From NCBI GenBank assembly GCA_965216025.1, contig CBDCEX010000018.1:556837-620836 (forward strand): a DNA stretch of 64,000 bases. The letters run 5' to 3'. Positions 9,143 through 19,219 of the stretch are shown here, piece by piece. The notes beneath the pieces were generated by a model that had not been told where the DNA came from, made no database searches, and was given only the letters and a program-made list of their open reading frames with translations. Both the position numbers and the translations under genes were made by a program. This DNA is from Dehalococcoidia bacterium. Lineage in GTDB: Bacteria > Chloroflexota > Dehalococcoidia > Lucifugimonadales > UBA3495. Positions within the stretch are counted from its first letter, which is position 1. Every line of letters starts with the position of its first letter.

Positions 9143-10489
9143 TCATCCCTCTCCCTCGGCCCGGTAGGCTTCATCAAGCAGGTCCACCACATGGGCAACA
9201 TCGATATTAAGCCCCCGGCTCCGGACGCCTCCTTCTAGCTGTGCCATGCAACCCGGATTAGCGGTGACCACCTGCTCTGCCCCGGTTTCCGCCAGGTGAT
9301 CCAGCTTATGCTCCAAAATCCGCCCGGCCAGCTCCTGTTGCACCGCCGAATAGATCCCCGCCGAGCCGCAGCATATGGTGGAACCCTCCATCTCCAGCAA
9401 CTCCACGCCGGGGATGGCGTTGATAATGGTTCGAGGCGCTTCCGTAATTCGCTGGGCATGGACCAGATGACACGGGTCCTGATAAGTAACCCTGCGGTCG
9501 ATGCGGGCCTTTGGTGGCGCCAGCGGCAGGCTCACCAGAAATTCGGTGATGTCTTCGGTCAGCTTGCTGAATCGCCGGGCCTTCTCCGCATAATCGGCAT
9601 CATTTTTCAGCAGCTCGTCATACTCCTTCATGTTGGAACCACATCCGGCGGAGGCTGTCACAATGCGGTCCACTCCAGCAGCCAGAAAGATGTCGATATT
9701 GCGCCGGGCCATAGCCCGGGTATTGTCCAGGTCACCGCTGTGCAGATTGAGGGCTCCGCAGCAGCCTTGGCCTACCGGCACCACCACATCGCAGCCGTTG
9801 CGGTTCAGCACCCGCACCGTCGCCCGCATGGTGCTGCCCTGCATCAGGGGCATAACGCAGCCGCAGAGCAGCCCCACGGTCATTTTTTTCTGTCCCGGCG
9901 TTTTCTGTTCCGGAGCCGGAAAGACTTCCTGAGCCGGGCTGAAAAAGGACCTGCCCATCACCGGTAATTGGGCCTCCAACTGGTCCAGGTGGCCGGGCAG
10001 TAGCTTCAGCACCCGCGACGTCCGCAGCAGTTTTTGGACCCCTGAGCGCTGGTAGGCCCGAAGAAGGTGGGCTCCCAGGCGCAGCCGCCCGGGGTAGGGC
10101 AGAGCCCCCCGCAGGAATAGCCGGCTGACGCGTTTCAAACTGTCGCCCTGCTTATTCTGCCCCAGAACCTGGGACCGGGTATATTCCATGATCCGGCCGT
10201 AGGGAACGCCGGAGGGACAAACCGCCTCGCAAGCCCGGCACTGCAGGCACATTTCCCAGTGGGACACCACCCGGCTGCTAATGCCCAGACGGCCTTCGTT
10301 GACCGCCTTCATCAAGGCGATACGTCCTCGGGGTGATTCGGTCTCCACGCCCAATTCCAAGTAGGTGGGGCAGGAGCTGAGGCAGAGCCCGCAGTGGACA
10401 CAGCGATACAGGTCGGCCTCCGCCGGGGAGTCGGGCCCCAGGAAGCCGGGCTCTTGATTCAAGCGCTGCTCGGGACTAGAGTTCATCAT
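9143..10489 (-). CDS. glcF: Glycolate oxidase Fe-S subunit
   Basis: CVHCGLCLSSCP, CLQCRACEAVCP and two CCG domains; third gene of the glcDEF cluster. Confidence 0.9.
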   Translation of the reverse strand: MMNSSPEQRLNQEPGFLGPDSPAEADLYRCVHCGLCLSSCPTYLELGVETESPRGRIALMKAVNEGRLGISSRVVSHWEMCLQCRACEAVCPSGVPYGRIMEYTRSQVLGQNKQGDSLKRVSRLFLRGALPYPGRLRLGAHLLRAYQRSGVQKLLRTSRVLKLLPGHLDQLEAQLPVMGRSFFSPAQEVFPAPEQKTPGQKKMTVGLLCGCVMPLMQGSTMRATVRVLNRNGCDVVVPVGQGCCGALNLHSGDLDNTRAMARRNIDIFLAAGVDRIVTASAGCGSNMKEYDELLKNDADYAEKARRFSKLTEDITEFLVSLPLAPPKARIDRRVTYQDPCHLVHAQRITEAPRTIINAIPGVELLEMEGSTICCGSAGIYSAVQQELAGRILEHKLDHLAETGAEQVVTANPGCMAQLEGGVRSRGLNIDVAHVVDLLDEAYRAEGEG

Positions 10490-10502
10490 CAAGACCGGCC
10501 CA

Positions 10503-11903
10503 TCACAGCCCGCCAATGAATCGCCCGGGATTCAGCGTCCGCTGGGGGTCGAACTTATTCTTGAGCCGCCGCATTATCTCCATTCCCGCGTCAATTCCCA
10601 ACGGAAGGTCCCCCCATACGTCCAGCTCCCGTTTCCAGGCCAAGGGACACCGCTCCACCACCACCGAGCCTCCCAGCTTCCCCGCCGTTTTCCGTAGTCG
10701 CCGGATGTCCTCCGCCGTCCCGACGGATGGTCCCCAGCACAGCAGGTGGATTCCTCCGAAACCTACATCAACAACGCTGCCGACGTGTGGGGAGGCGTTA
10801 CTCCCGCCGAAGATGGGGTCCGCCTGCAACCAGGAACTCATTTCTAGCGAGGCCGCGGGCGGTAGATTAATCTTCAACACTAAATGGGGTCGGACCGATT
10901 CGGGTCCAGTTTCCTGGGCCAAGCCCAGGTCGGTGACGCCGCGCAACAAAGCCAGGGCATCAGCATCCTGTATCTGTTCCACCCCGGTCGCTCCCACTCT
11001 GGTCAGCAGGTTTGCCGACTCGGTCAACCGGCGACTGAGGGCTTGGGGACGTCCGGCAAAGAAGGCTAGGACGGTGGCTGGCATGGCTGCTTCCGGGGGT
11101 GAGGATTCCGGGGTTGGAGTTTCCGGGGCCAACTCCAACCGCCGCGACGCTGCCGCATTCAGCACTTGCAACCCTTGGGGGGCAAACACCTGGCGCGATA
11201 AAGTCAGGCCCGCTTCGATTCCCCGCTGTACCGATGGAAAGGATGCCACCAGTGCCGACGGGTTGGCCGGCAGCGGCGCCAACTTGAAAGTGGCCTCGGC
11301 GATCACGCCCAGGGTGCCCAAAGAGCCGGTGTATAACTTGTTCAGGTCGTACCCGGTAACATTTTTAACGACCCGTCCGCCGGCCTTGGTTTCGTCTCCC
11401 GCCGGGCTGATTACCCTAATGCCGATGAGCCAGTCGCGGGGCAGGCCGTAGGCATGGCGCAGGGGGCCCACGGAACCGGTGGCCAGAATGCCTCCCACTG
11501 TGGCTCGACCCGCCAAGGGTGCTTCCACCGGAAGGAACTTTCCAGCCGAGGCCAGGTGGCGCTGCAGCGACTCCAGGGTGATCCCCGCCTCGACAGTGAC
11601 GGTCAGGTCGGCCGGTTGAAAATCCACCACTTGGTCCAGGCGGCTCAAGTCCAGCACCAGGTGCAGCGCTTCCGGCGGGTTGCCCAGACTTATCTGAGTG
11701 CCACCGCCCCAGGGAGCCACTTTGCTGCCTTCCGAAGATGCCCAACCCAGTATTTGGGCGGCTTCCCGCCGGTTGGCAGGTCTGACCACCCACCGAGGGA
11801 TCAGACCATCTATGGCGTAGCCGGCGTGGGTATCAGGAGGCAGCAGGGAGTCCGCGCCGAGCAGACCCGCCGGCGGCTCCAGCGTGCGGGCAAAGCCAGA
11901 CAT
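10503..11903 (-). CDS. glcE: Glycolate oxidase FAD subunit GlcE-like
   Basis: Motif GGRVVKNVTGYDL and C-terminal KFDP...LNPGRF. TAATG overlap with the glcD stop. Confidence 0.85.
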   Translation of the reverse strand: MSGFARTLEPPAGLLGADSLLPPDTHAGYAIDGLIPRWVVRPANRREAAQILGWASSEGSKVAPWGGGTQISLGNPPEALHLVLDLSRLDQVVDFQPADLTVTVEAGITLESLQRHLASAGKFLPVEAPLAGRATVGGILATGSVGPLRHAYGLPRDWLIGIRVISPAGDETKAGGRVVKNVTGYDLNKLYTGSLGTLGVIAEATFKLAPLPANPSALVASFPSVQRGIEAGLTLSRQVFAPQGLQVLNAAASRRLELAPETPTPESSPPEAAMPATVLAFFAGRPQALSRRLTESANLLTRVGATGVEQIQDADALALLRGVTDLGLAQETGPESVRPHLVLKINLPPAASLEMSSWLQADPIFGGSNASPHVGSVVDVGFGGIHLLCWGPSVGTAEDIRRLRKTAGKLGGSVVVERCPLAWKRELDVWGDLPLGIDAGMEIMRRLKNKFDPQRTLNPGRFIGGL

Positions 11904-13333
11904 TAGATAAACATCCCCGGGGCAGACGGCCGGTGGGCCGCGATGCTGGGTGGCGTACCGTCGGGGAAAATCTTGCCGGGATTCAGCCGATTCTCCGGGG
12001 CGAAGGCGTCCCGGGCCAGGCACATGGCAGCCATGTCCTCTTCGGTAAAGACCAAGGGCATGAACTCCTTCTTCTCCAGACCAATCCCGTGCTCACCGCT
12101 CAAGGTTCCGCCGACCTCGGCGCAGTATTCCATCAGCTCAGCGGCGGCCGCCATGACCTTGGGTAAAATGCCCGGCTCCCGCTCGTCGAACAGCATACAA
12201 GGGTGAAGATTGCCATCCCCGGCGTGGAAGACGTTGGCGATGGTAATGCCGTACCTGTGGGATACCTCGCCCACCAGCCGCAGCACGTCGGCAAGTCGCG
12301 TGCGGGGAACCACCCCGTCGACCAGGTAGTAGTTGGGGAAGAGGGCTCCGAAGGCGCCGAAGGCCGTTTTTCGGCCCAGCCACAGTTTCTCCCGCTCTGG
12401 CGACTCCTCCGCCACCCGAACGTCGGCAGCTCCGGTTTCCCATAACGAGGCCTGGACCTCCTCGCTAACCTCCTCCACCTCCTCGGTAAGCCCCTCCAGT
12501 TCAACCAGCAGCACCGCTCCGGCATCGTTGGGATAACCGGCGTCGATCACGCTCTGCACGGCGCGAATGGTGGTGGAATCGATCATTTCCAGGGCCGCCG
12601 GAACGATCCCGCGCCCGATGATGGCCGAGACGGCGGAACAGGCCGACTCTATGTCGGGGAAAATACCCAGGAAGGTCTTCACCATTTCCGGCAGCGGCAA
12701 CAAACGTACGGTGATTTTAGTAGCCATGCCGAAGGTTCCCTCAGAGCCGACGAACACCCCGCGCAGGTCGTAGCCGGGAACCTCCCGGGCCGCACCGCCC
12801 AACTGGACTATCGCTCCGTCCTCCAGTACCACTTCCAGGCTCACCACGTGATTGGTGGTGGTTCCGTAGGCCAGGCAGTGGGGACCACCGGCGTTCTCGG
12901 CGATGTTGCCGCCCAGGCTGCAGGCCTTTTGACTGGAGGGGTCCGGCGCATACCTGATCCCCAGTTTGCGGGCTTGGGTGTCCAGGTCCAAATTTATCAC
13001 TCCCGGCTCGACGGTAGCGGTCAAATTTTCCGGGTCTATCCCCAGAATTTGGTTCATCCTGGTAAATACAACCTGGATGCCGCCGGGGGGAGCTATAGCT
13101 CCGCCGCTGAGTCCGGTGCCGGAGCCGCGTCCCGCCACCGGAACGCCCTCCCGAAAGGCCAACGCCAATACCCGGCTGACCTGCTCGGTGGAGGAGGGTA
13201 GGACCACTGCCTCCGGCATGGCACGGTCGACAGAGCCGTCATATTCGTAAACCAGCAGGTCCTCCGGATGGGAAAACAGGTTTTCCCGCCCGACGATGAC
13301 CCCCAATTGCTCCAGAAAGTCCTGCTTATCCAT
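11903..13333 (-). CDS. glcD: Glycolate oxidase FAD subunit GlcD
   Basis: Motifs RGSGTGLSGGA, PDPSS, ENAGGPHCLAYG, HAGDGNLHP, GEHGIG. Confidence 0.92.
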   Translation of the reverse strand: MDKQDFLEQLGVIVGRENLFSHPEDLLVYEYDGSVDRAMPEAVVLPSSTEQVSRVLALAFREGVPVAGRGSGTGLSGGAIAPPGGIQVVFTRMNQILGIDPENLTATVEPGVINLDLDTQARKLGIRYAPDPSSQKACSLGGNIAENAGGPHCLAYGTTTNHVVSLEVVLEDGAIVQLGGAAREVPGYDLRGVFVGSEGTFGMATKITVRLLPLPEMVKTFLGIFPDIESACSAVSAIIGRGIVPAALEMIDSTTIRAVQSVIDAGYPNDAGAVLLVELEGLTEEVEEVSEEVQASLWETGAADVRVAEESPEREKLWLGRKTAFGAFGALFPNYYLVDGVVPRTRLADVLRLVGEVSHRYGITIANVFHAGDGNLHPCMLFDEREPGILPKVMAAAAELMEYCAEVGGTLSGEHGIGLEKKEFMPLVFTEEDMAAMCLARDAFAPENRLNPGKIFPDGTPPSIAAHRPSAPGMFI

Positions 13334-13405
13334 TCCAGCTCGCCCGTCCTAGCTCGAACCCCGGCCTAGTCAGGATGATAGACCAATGGGTTGACCCTGA
13401 CAAGG

Positions 13406-14678
13406 CAGGGCCTTTTCATTCTCCTGCCTGGTAGGTAAAGCCCATCATGTCGAAAGCTTCGCTGAGATGGGCATTGTGGCGGCGTAGGGCAGCGGCTACG
13501 TTGGAATGCCCAGCCCGACGTACCAAGCTGATGACCAGGTTCCGCAGGCCCGCCAGAACCTGTGGGGCGGCCCCAGTGCGCACCTGAGAGCGGTCCTCGT
13601 CGAAGGTCACATCCCGTACCCAGTGGAGGCGGTTCTCGATGCCCCAGTGCCCACGGGAAAGGCTCAACAATCGCCTCGCATCGGCATCAGTGGCTGGGAG
13701 ACTGCTAATTGCATAGCTCACATCCACCTGTTTCTTGCCCTTCACGACCCGCTGGCGCTCTAGCCGACACACCTGTTGCAGATGCGGCCACGCTTCCCCG
13801 ACCGTCCCAGCGCTGCCCACGTAGCCATTTAGCTCTGGGTCGGCCAAGGCCCACAACTCTCGCCGCTCCAGCCGCCCATGACGCCGCTTTACTGGAGCAT
13901 CGGCCCAGACCGTCAGCTTGGCCCCGCGTGCTCGCCACTCCGCTGCCAGCCAGGGAGGTACGGTTGGGCCACCAGCCCTCTCAGTTCCTAGCAGGGGAAA
14001 AAGCCACCTCCAGGTCTCGGCGCAAGGTGGGCTGATTCTCTTTAACTGGCAGCAGATACTCTCCGCCGCCTGCCACAATCTGCTCACAGACTTTCCGTTG
14101 GGTCAGTAAGGCATCAGCCACTACTACCCGACCCTTCAGGGGTACCTGGCCCAATACTTCTTTGACCGCCGCCAATTCTTCCCCTTTGCCCGGCGCAGCT
14201 ACCTGCGCCAGCACTGCCCCAGCGCGGCTAGCGTAGGCCGACACCAGATGGACCCCGGGTATCTCTTGGCCGTGGACCCCTCGCAAGGTTTTCCCGTCCA
14301 GGGACAGGGGGTCATCCGCCTCTACCCCGCTATTTGCCAGCCAGTTGCCGACTTCTGCCTCAAAGGCCGCCACGTCCAGGCCCTTGAACACCCGGTGGAG
14401 GGTGGCCACGCAGGGTGTCTTCTCCTGGCTGAACCCCAAAAGCTGCGCCGTAGCACCCCCTTGGTCCCGCCCCCATTGAGCTATGGCGTATAAGCTGCGG
14501 GCGCCGCACAGCATGGCACAGGTGGCCAAGGCCAGGATCGCCCCCAAAGAGTGGCGTCGCCCTTGGCTACTCCGGAAGTCAGGCACCAAATCCAGCGTTT
14601 CTCTCAAAGTCATCATCCTCCCTTCCCGCTTAAACTGGTAATAATTTTATACTATTTTGAGAAAATGAAAAGGCCCTG
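13406..14678 (-). mobile_element. ISAs1-family element, copy 1 (1273 bp)
   Basis: IR CAGGGCCTTTTCATT/AATGAAAAGGCCCTG and 10-bp DR CCTGACAAGG (13396-13405, 14679-14688). Confidence 0.93.
13416..14616 (-). CDS. ISAs1 transposase split in two frames at TTTTTCCCC (14002-13994)
   Basis: ORF1 has DGKTLRG, DALLTQ, VKENQ. ORF2 has HGRLERR, HWGIENRLHWVRDVTFDED. Confidence 0.85.
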
Positions 14679-14745
14679 CCTGACAAGGAGGGAAAACTTT
14701 GCGGTCGACAGGTTTGCCTGTATACTGGGCACCGCCGCTTGGGTA

Positions 14746-14831
14746 AATCCCCCTATAACTCCCCTTTAAGAAGAGGGACTGAGGGGGATTTGGATCTTAC
14801 AAGATTAGAGCTTTCGTCATGGACCATTAAA
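14746..14831. repeat. Hairpin repeat family A with conserved 3' tail
   Basis: Palindrome plus tail TTAGAGCTTTCGTCATGGACCATTAA, similar to 16147-16172. Confidence 0.75.
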
Positions 14832-14849
14832 TTTGCCTGGAGTGACTCA

Positions 14850-15941
14850 ATGGATTTTAAAATTGCCGTTTTGGGCGGGGACGGCATAGGCCCGGAGGTA
14901 ACCGCTGAAGGGGTCAAGGTATTGGAGGCGGTTGGCCGCGTTTTCGGTCACGGGTTCAACCTGGAAACCGGGGATGTGGGCGGAATCTCTATAGACAAAC
15001 ATGGCACTCCTTTGCTTCCCGAGGTGGCGGACCTGGTCGGCTCCGCGGACGCCGTGCTGTTCGGAGCGGTGGGTGGTCCCAAATGGGACGATCCGGCGGC
15101 ACCTACGCACCCGGAAGACGGTCTACTTCAGTTGCGGGCCCACTTGGGCGTTTTCGCCAACATCCGTCCGGTGAAAGTATATCCCAAACTCGCTGATTCC
15201 TGCGTGTTCAAGCCAGAAGTTCTGGATGGGGTGGACATGGTGGTGGTGCGGGAGCTGACCGGAGGATTGTATTACGCCCAGCCCAAAGGGCGGACTGAGA
15301 CTCCTCAGGGTTGGTCCGCCGTGGATACGATGCGCTACAGCGAAGGGGAGATCGAGCGGGTGCTGCGGGTGGGTTTTGAGTTGGCCCAGGGTAGGCGGAA
15401 AAAGCTGACCTCGGTGGATAAAGCCAATGTTTTGGAGTGCTCGCGGCTGTGGCGGCAAACGGCTAACCGTATGGCGGGTGAGTACCCCGATGTCGAGCTG
15501 GAGCATGTGCTGGTGGACGCCTGCGCCATGCAGCTGATCCAGCGACCTGCTCGGTTCGATGTGATAGTTGCGGAGAACACTTTCGGCGATATTCTGACCG
15601 ATGAGGCGGCGGTGTTAGCCGCCTCAATGGGATTATTGCCTTCCGCCAGCCTGTCGGACGTGCCGGTGGCCGGCCGGCGTACTAGGGGCTTTTACGAGCC
15701 GATTCACGGTACCGCGCCCGACATCGCGGGCCAGGGGATCGCCAATCCCACCGGGTCCATCCTTAGCGTGGCCCTGATGTTGCGTTACTCGCTGGGGCTT
15801 ACTGAAGAGGCCGCCAGCATAGAGAGGGCGGTGGAGCAGGTGCTGGATTCGGGCGCGCGCACTCCGGATATTTTTTCCACCGGCGCCCATCGGGTCAGCA
15901 CAGCCGAAATGGGCGACCGAGTAGTGTCGGCCCTGGGTTAA
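14850..15941 (+). CDS. leuB: 3-isopropylmalate dehydrogenase
   Basis: Motifs GDGIGPEV, GAVGGPKWD, VRELTGGLY, VDKANVL, NTFGDILTD, EPIHGTAPDIAG. Confidence 0.96.
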   Translation: MDFKIAVLGGDGIGPEVTAEGVKVLEAVGRVFGHGFNLETGDVGGISIDKHGTPLLPEVADLVGSADAVLFGAVGGPKWDDPAAPTHPEDGLLQLRAHLGVFANIRPVKVYPKLADSCVFKPEVLDGVDMVVVRELTGGLYYAQPKGRTETPQGWSAVDTMRYSEGEIERVLRVGFELAQGRRKKLTSVDKANVLECSRLWRQTANRMAGEYPDVELEHVLVDACAMQLIQRPARFDVIVAENTFGDILTDEAAVLAASMGLLPSASLSDVPVAGRRTRGFYEPIHGTAPDIAGQGIANPTGSILSVALMLRYSLGLTEEAASIERAVEQVLDSGARTPDIFSTGAHRVSTAEMGDRVVSALG

Positions 15942-16054
15942 TTGATTATCTCAAAATGCCCCCCCGAGTTAAGCGAGGGGTCTAAAATCCCTGGGACCAT
16001 TGTCCTGACGCCATTGGCGATGGTGTAACTGTTTGGCCGTCCGACTTTCTTTCC

Positions 16055-16172
16055 CTAAACCCGGTTGGAGGTGCCAGCGTTTGGTGAAATCCCCCTATAT
16101 CCCCCTTTTGTAAAGGGGGATATAGGGGGATTTTGATTCCTCAAGTTTAGAACTTTCGTCAAGGATCAGTAA
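16055..16172. repeat. Hairpin repeat family A, fullest copy
   Basis: Leader, palindrome and tail; the tail ends directly at ATG 16173. Confidence 0.78.
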
Positions 16173-17258
16173 ATGAATGGAGACCTGGCGGTACCCCTGG
16201 CCATCTTTGTGGCCAGTGCGGTGGTGGTGATCTATCTGGGAAACCAGTTGGCCAAGTACGGTGACGCCCTGGCCACTCTCACCGGCTGGGGAAGGCTCTT
16301 CGTGGGGAGCATCCTGGTCGCCCTGGCCACATCTCTGCCGGAGTTGTCCACCAATATCTCCGCCGTGCGTTTGGATCCGCCCAACCCAGAGCTGGCTCTG
16401 GGCAACGTGATGGGGGCCAACATGGTCAACATGTTCACGCTGGCCATGGTTGCCCTTTTCTTTGGCGGCAAGCGATTCTTGCAGCAGGTGGCGCCGGAGC
16501 AGGGGTATTTGATTCTTCTGGCGGCCATTATGACCGGCCTAGGCCTACTGTTCGCCGCGGTAAAAATGGACCTAGCCTTATGGCAAATCGGCTTGTCTTC
16601 GGTGATTCTGCTGGTGGTATACATACTTGGCATGCGGGTGGTGTACGTCAAGCGCCCCCAGGAAGATGTTGGTGATGGCGTCGAGGGTGATAGTGGGGAA
16701 AATTCCGCGGGTATGACCTTGAAGCGGGCCTGGGTAATGTTTGGTCTGATTTCCGCCGGAGTCGTAGCCGCCGGCTTTTTTCTGGCCTACAGCGTGGACC
16801 AGGTGGCTACGATCACCGGCATTGCCTCCAGCACCCTGGGTATTCTGGCGGTGTCTCTGGTAACCACCATGCCGGAAGCCGCCGCAACCATTGGCGCCGC
16901 CAGAATGGGAGCGGCGGATCTGGGGGTTGGCAACTTATACGGAAGCTGCGTGTTCAACATTATCATCCTGTCCCTGGCCGATCCCTTTTACCGACAGGGG
17001 ATTCTGGTAAGCCAGTCGGAGCCGGCTCATTTCGTGGCGGGAGGCATGGCCTTGCTGCTGATTTTGTTCGGCATGGTCTTGATTTTGGGCCGAAACCGGG
17101 TGCATCGCTTCCTGGTGATGGCCGGATTGGCCTTGATGGCGGCCCTTTATCTGGCGGGGGCTGTGGTGGTCGCTACCCTTGGCACCCCAGATGACGAGGC
17201 CCTGGCCGTGGGGTCAACCGAAGTCGTGATGGGGAGATCCCATCTGCCTTCCAGCTAG
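16173..17258 (+). CDS. Na+/Ca2+ (cation:calcium) antiporter family protein
   Basis: Two alpha repeats (ATSLPEL...GNVMGAN; TTMPEA...GNLYGS) and about 10 TM segments. Confidence 0.9.
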   Translation: MNGDLAVPLAIFVASAVVVIYLGNQLAKYGDALATLTGWGRLFVGSILVALATSLPELSTNISAVRLDPPNPELALGNVMGANMVNMFTLAMVALFFGGKRFLQQVAPEQGYLILLAAIMTGLGLLFAAVKMDLALWQIGLSSVILLVVYILGMRVVYVKRPQEDVGDGVEGDSGENSAGMTLKRAWVMFGLISAGVVAAGFFLAYSVDQVATITGIASSTLGILAVSLVTTMPEAAATIGAARMGAADLGVGNLYGSCVFNIIILSLADPFYRQGILVSQSEPAHFVAGGMALLLILFGMVLILGRNRVHRFLVMAGLALMAALYLAGAVVVATLGTPDDEALAVGSTEVVMGRSHLPSS

Positions 17259-17749
17259 ATTTCCGCCCCGGCATACCTGGCTATCTCTACGAAGCCCTTT
17301 TCCTCCTCCGACCAGGCGAAGTGGGCCGCTGCCACGACCCGATGTTCGTCAATGCCAATGACCACTTGCTGGACCGGATAGGCGGGCTCGTCTCCCCAGG
17401 GACTGGTTGCCACCTGCCGGTCGGTCTCGGAGAGGTAGGCCCGGCCGTTGGGATGGGAATGATAGATGACCAGCGCCGGCTCTTCGGAGTCTAAGCTCCG
17501 ATTCAAAGCCAGCAAGTCTTCACCGGACAGCACGTAGGCCGCCTCGGAGGTGCGCTCAGCGACGGTAGGATGATTTCCCGAGGCATGGTCGTTGATACAG
17601 CTGCGGACCAGGCTCACCTTGACGCCGTCCCTGGCGCCGGACAGCCAGCCGCAGCATTCGGCGGGGAAGGAGTTGCGGGCTTCCCGGTAGATTTCCTCAA
17701 GGATATCAGCTCCGATTTCTATTAGTCCTGGCAGGTCTGCCATAGCCAT
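17255..17749 (-). CDS. JAMM/Mov34 (M67) metallopeptidase, Mec/CysO-peptidase-like
   Basis: Motifs PAECCG and YHSHPNGRAYLSETD (HxH-x10-D). Confidence 0.88.
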   Translation of the reverse strand: MAMADLPGLIEIGADILEEIYREARNSFPAECCGWLSGARDGVKVSLVRSCINDHASGNHPTVAERTSEAAYVLSGEDLLALNRSLDSEEPALVIYHSHPNGRAYLSETDRQVATSPWGDEPAYPVQQVVIGIDEHRVVAAAHFAWSEEEKGFVEIARYAGAEI

Positions 17750-17896
17750 GCTCCCTCGATTTTGGTCGGTCCAACTTCAGCGGCGATTGTTTCACACCTT
17801 TTAGAAATCCATTATCGAATGCATTCCGTATAGACATAAAGAATATTATCTGGTTAGCCGGGCATCCAGTACCTGCATCTAAGTAATATTCCACTC

Positions 17897-18106
17897 ATGA
17901 CGTTTACCGAATCCGGTCAGAATAGACCCGGTAAAAAAGACAAGGTGTTTTACTTCAAGGGGTGCCCCAGATGCAAAGGCGATGTCTATGTAGAGAAGGA
18001 TTCTTTCGGAACCTACCGAAAATGCCTCCAATGCGGCCGTATGCAGGATTTAGAGCTGCGTCGGCCGGCAACTAACCGGCGTAAAGGCAGCAAGCTGGTT
18101 GCCTGA
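17897..18106 (+). CDS. Small zinc-ribbon protein (true start may be GTG 17945)
   Basis: KGCPRCKGD...KCLQCG. Confidence 0.75.
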   Translation: MTFTESGQNRPGKKDKVFYFKGCPRCKGDVYVEKDSFGTYRKCLQCGRMQDLELRRPATNRRKGSKLVA

Positions 18107-18187
18107 CGGTACTCGGACCTCTAAAGCCGATAGGAAAAGCCCGTCGAAGCCCGCTGGCTGAAGTTAAGGCTGGGCTGAGTCCGGGCG

Positions 18188-18631
18188 TTATCTACCTTTT
18201 TCAACGACGTACTCACCGTATTGATGCACCGCCTCCTCTTGTTCTCTGGTCTGGATCGATCCGGGCCTCAGCAACCGGATATAGTCGATGGCGGCTTGGG
18301 GTTCGTATCCCGAGTTGACGAAGTAGCAGGCCAGTACCGTACCGGTACGTCCGACACCGGCGGCACAGGTTACGACTATCGGATGCTCCCAGTTCTCGAT
18401 CTGGTCCTCGATGTACTTCACCATGCGGTGGATCTGCTCCATGTCTGGGGCGCTGAAATCCCGCACCGGCTCGTACAGCTCCTCAAAGCCCCAGGGATCG
18501 GTGGAGATAGTCTGCTCCTCCATACGGATAACCGCCTGGATCTCTTGCAGCTTTAAGAAGGTGATGTCCCGGTTGGTGGTTGGCCCGGCCGCGCCCGCTA
18601 GCGTTTCCTCAATAATCCAACTGAAGTTCAT
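18188..18631 (-). CDS. Dual-specificity/protein-tyrosine phosphatase
   Basis: N-terminal MNFSWI, P-loop CAAGVGRTG, RPGSIQT. Confidence 0.9.
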   Translation of the reverse strand: MNFSWIIEETLAGAAGPTTNRDITFLKLQEIQAVIRMEEQTISTDPWGFEELYEPVRDFSAPDMEQIHRMVKYIEDQIENWEHPIVVTCAAGVGRTGTVLACYFVNSGYEPQAAIDYIRLLRPGSIQTREQEEAVHQYGEYVVEKGR

Positions 18632-18756
18632 GTAAGCCAAAGCTTTTACTCCGTTACGAAGACCCATACCGGGGCCTTTGCCTTCTGTAGACAGGCAGTC
18701 TCCAAAGCCGCTGATGCAGCTTCGAATGGGGATCATTATACTGGGGCAAGATATAG

Positions 18757-19050
18757 TTAGCCAGTAGGCAGGCTACCGCCCAGCAGATTCAGGCGCTGGT
18801 CCACCTCTTCTTGGGACATGGATTCTACGGCCAGAGTCTTCTCTCGGCTGGACGCCCCTTTTACCAGGTGTAACGCGCTTTTGGGCACGTCGAGAGCCTG
18901 CGCCAGCAACGCGATGGCCGCCGCATTGGCCTGCCCACCTACCGGCGGAGCGGTCACACGGATTCGCAGGATACCAGCCCGCACCCCGGAAATGGTATTC
19001 CGAGAAGCCCGGGGTTGAACCCTAATCGCTATGCGAGCTCCCCTCGCCAT
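18757..19050 (-). CDS. DUF167/YggU-family protein
   Basis: Motifs VQPRASR, TAPPVGGQAN, GASSREK. Confidence 0.88.
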   Translation of the reverse strand: MARGARIAIRVQPRASRNTISGVRAGILRIRVTAPPVGGQANAAAIALLAQALDVPKSALHLVKGASSREKTLAVESMSQEEVDQRLNLLGGSLPTG

Positions 19051-19219
19051 CCAATCCCCTGTTCTCCAACTTTAATGAACCCTTCCCGAAATATCGCCGG
19101 GGGGCTGATAACCCCTCCGGCCCGCCGCCAATGGCTTCTGAAATGCCCCTCTCATCTCCGTTCTGATATAGTAGCTCCACATCTATAGTAACAGTACATC
19201 CGGGTCATCTGGGGGCCAT

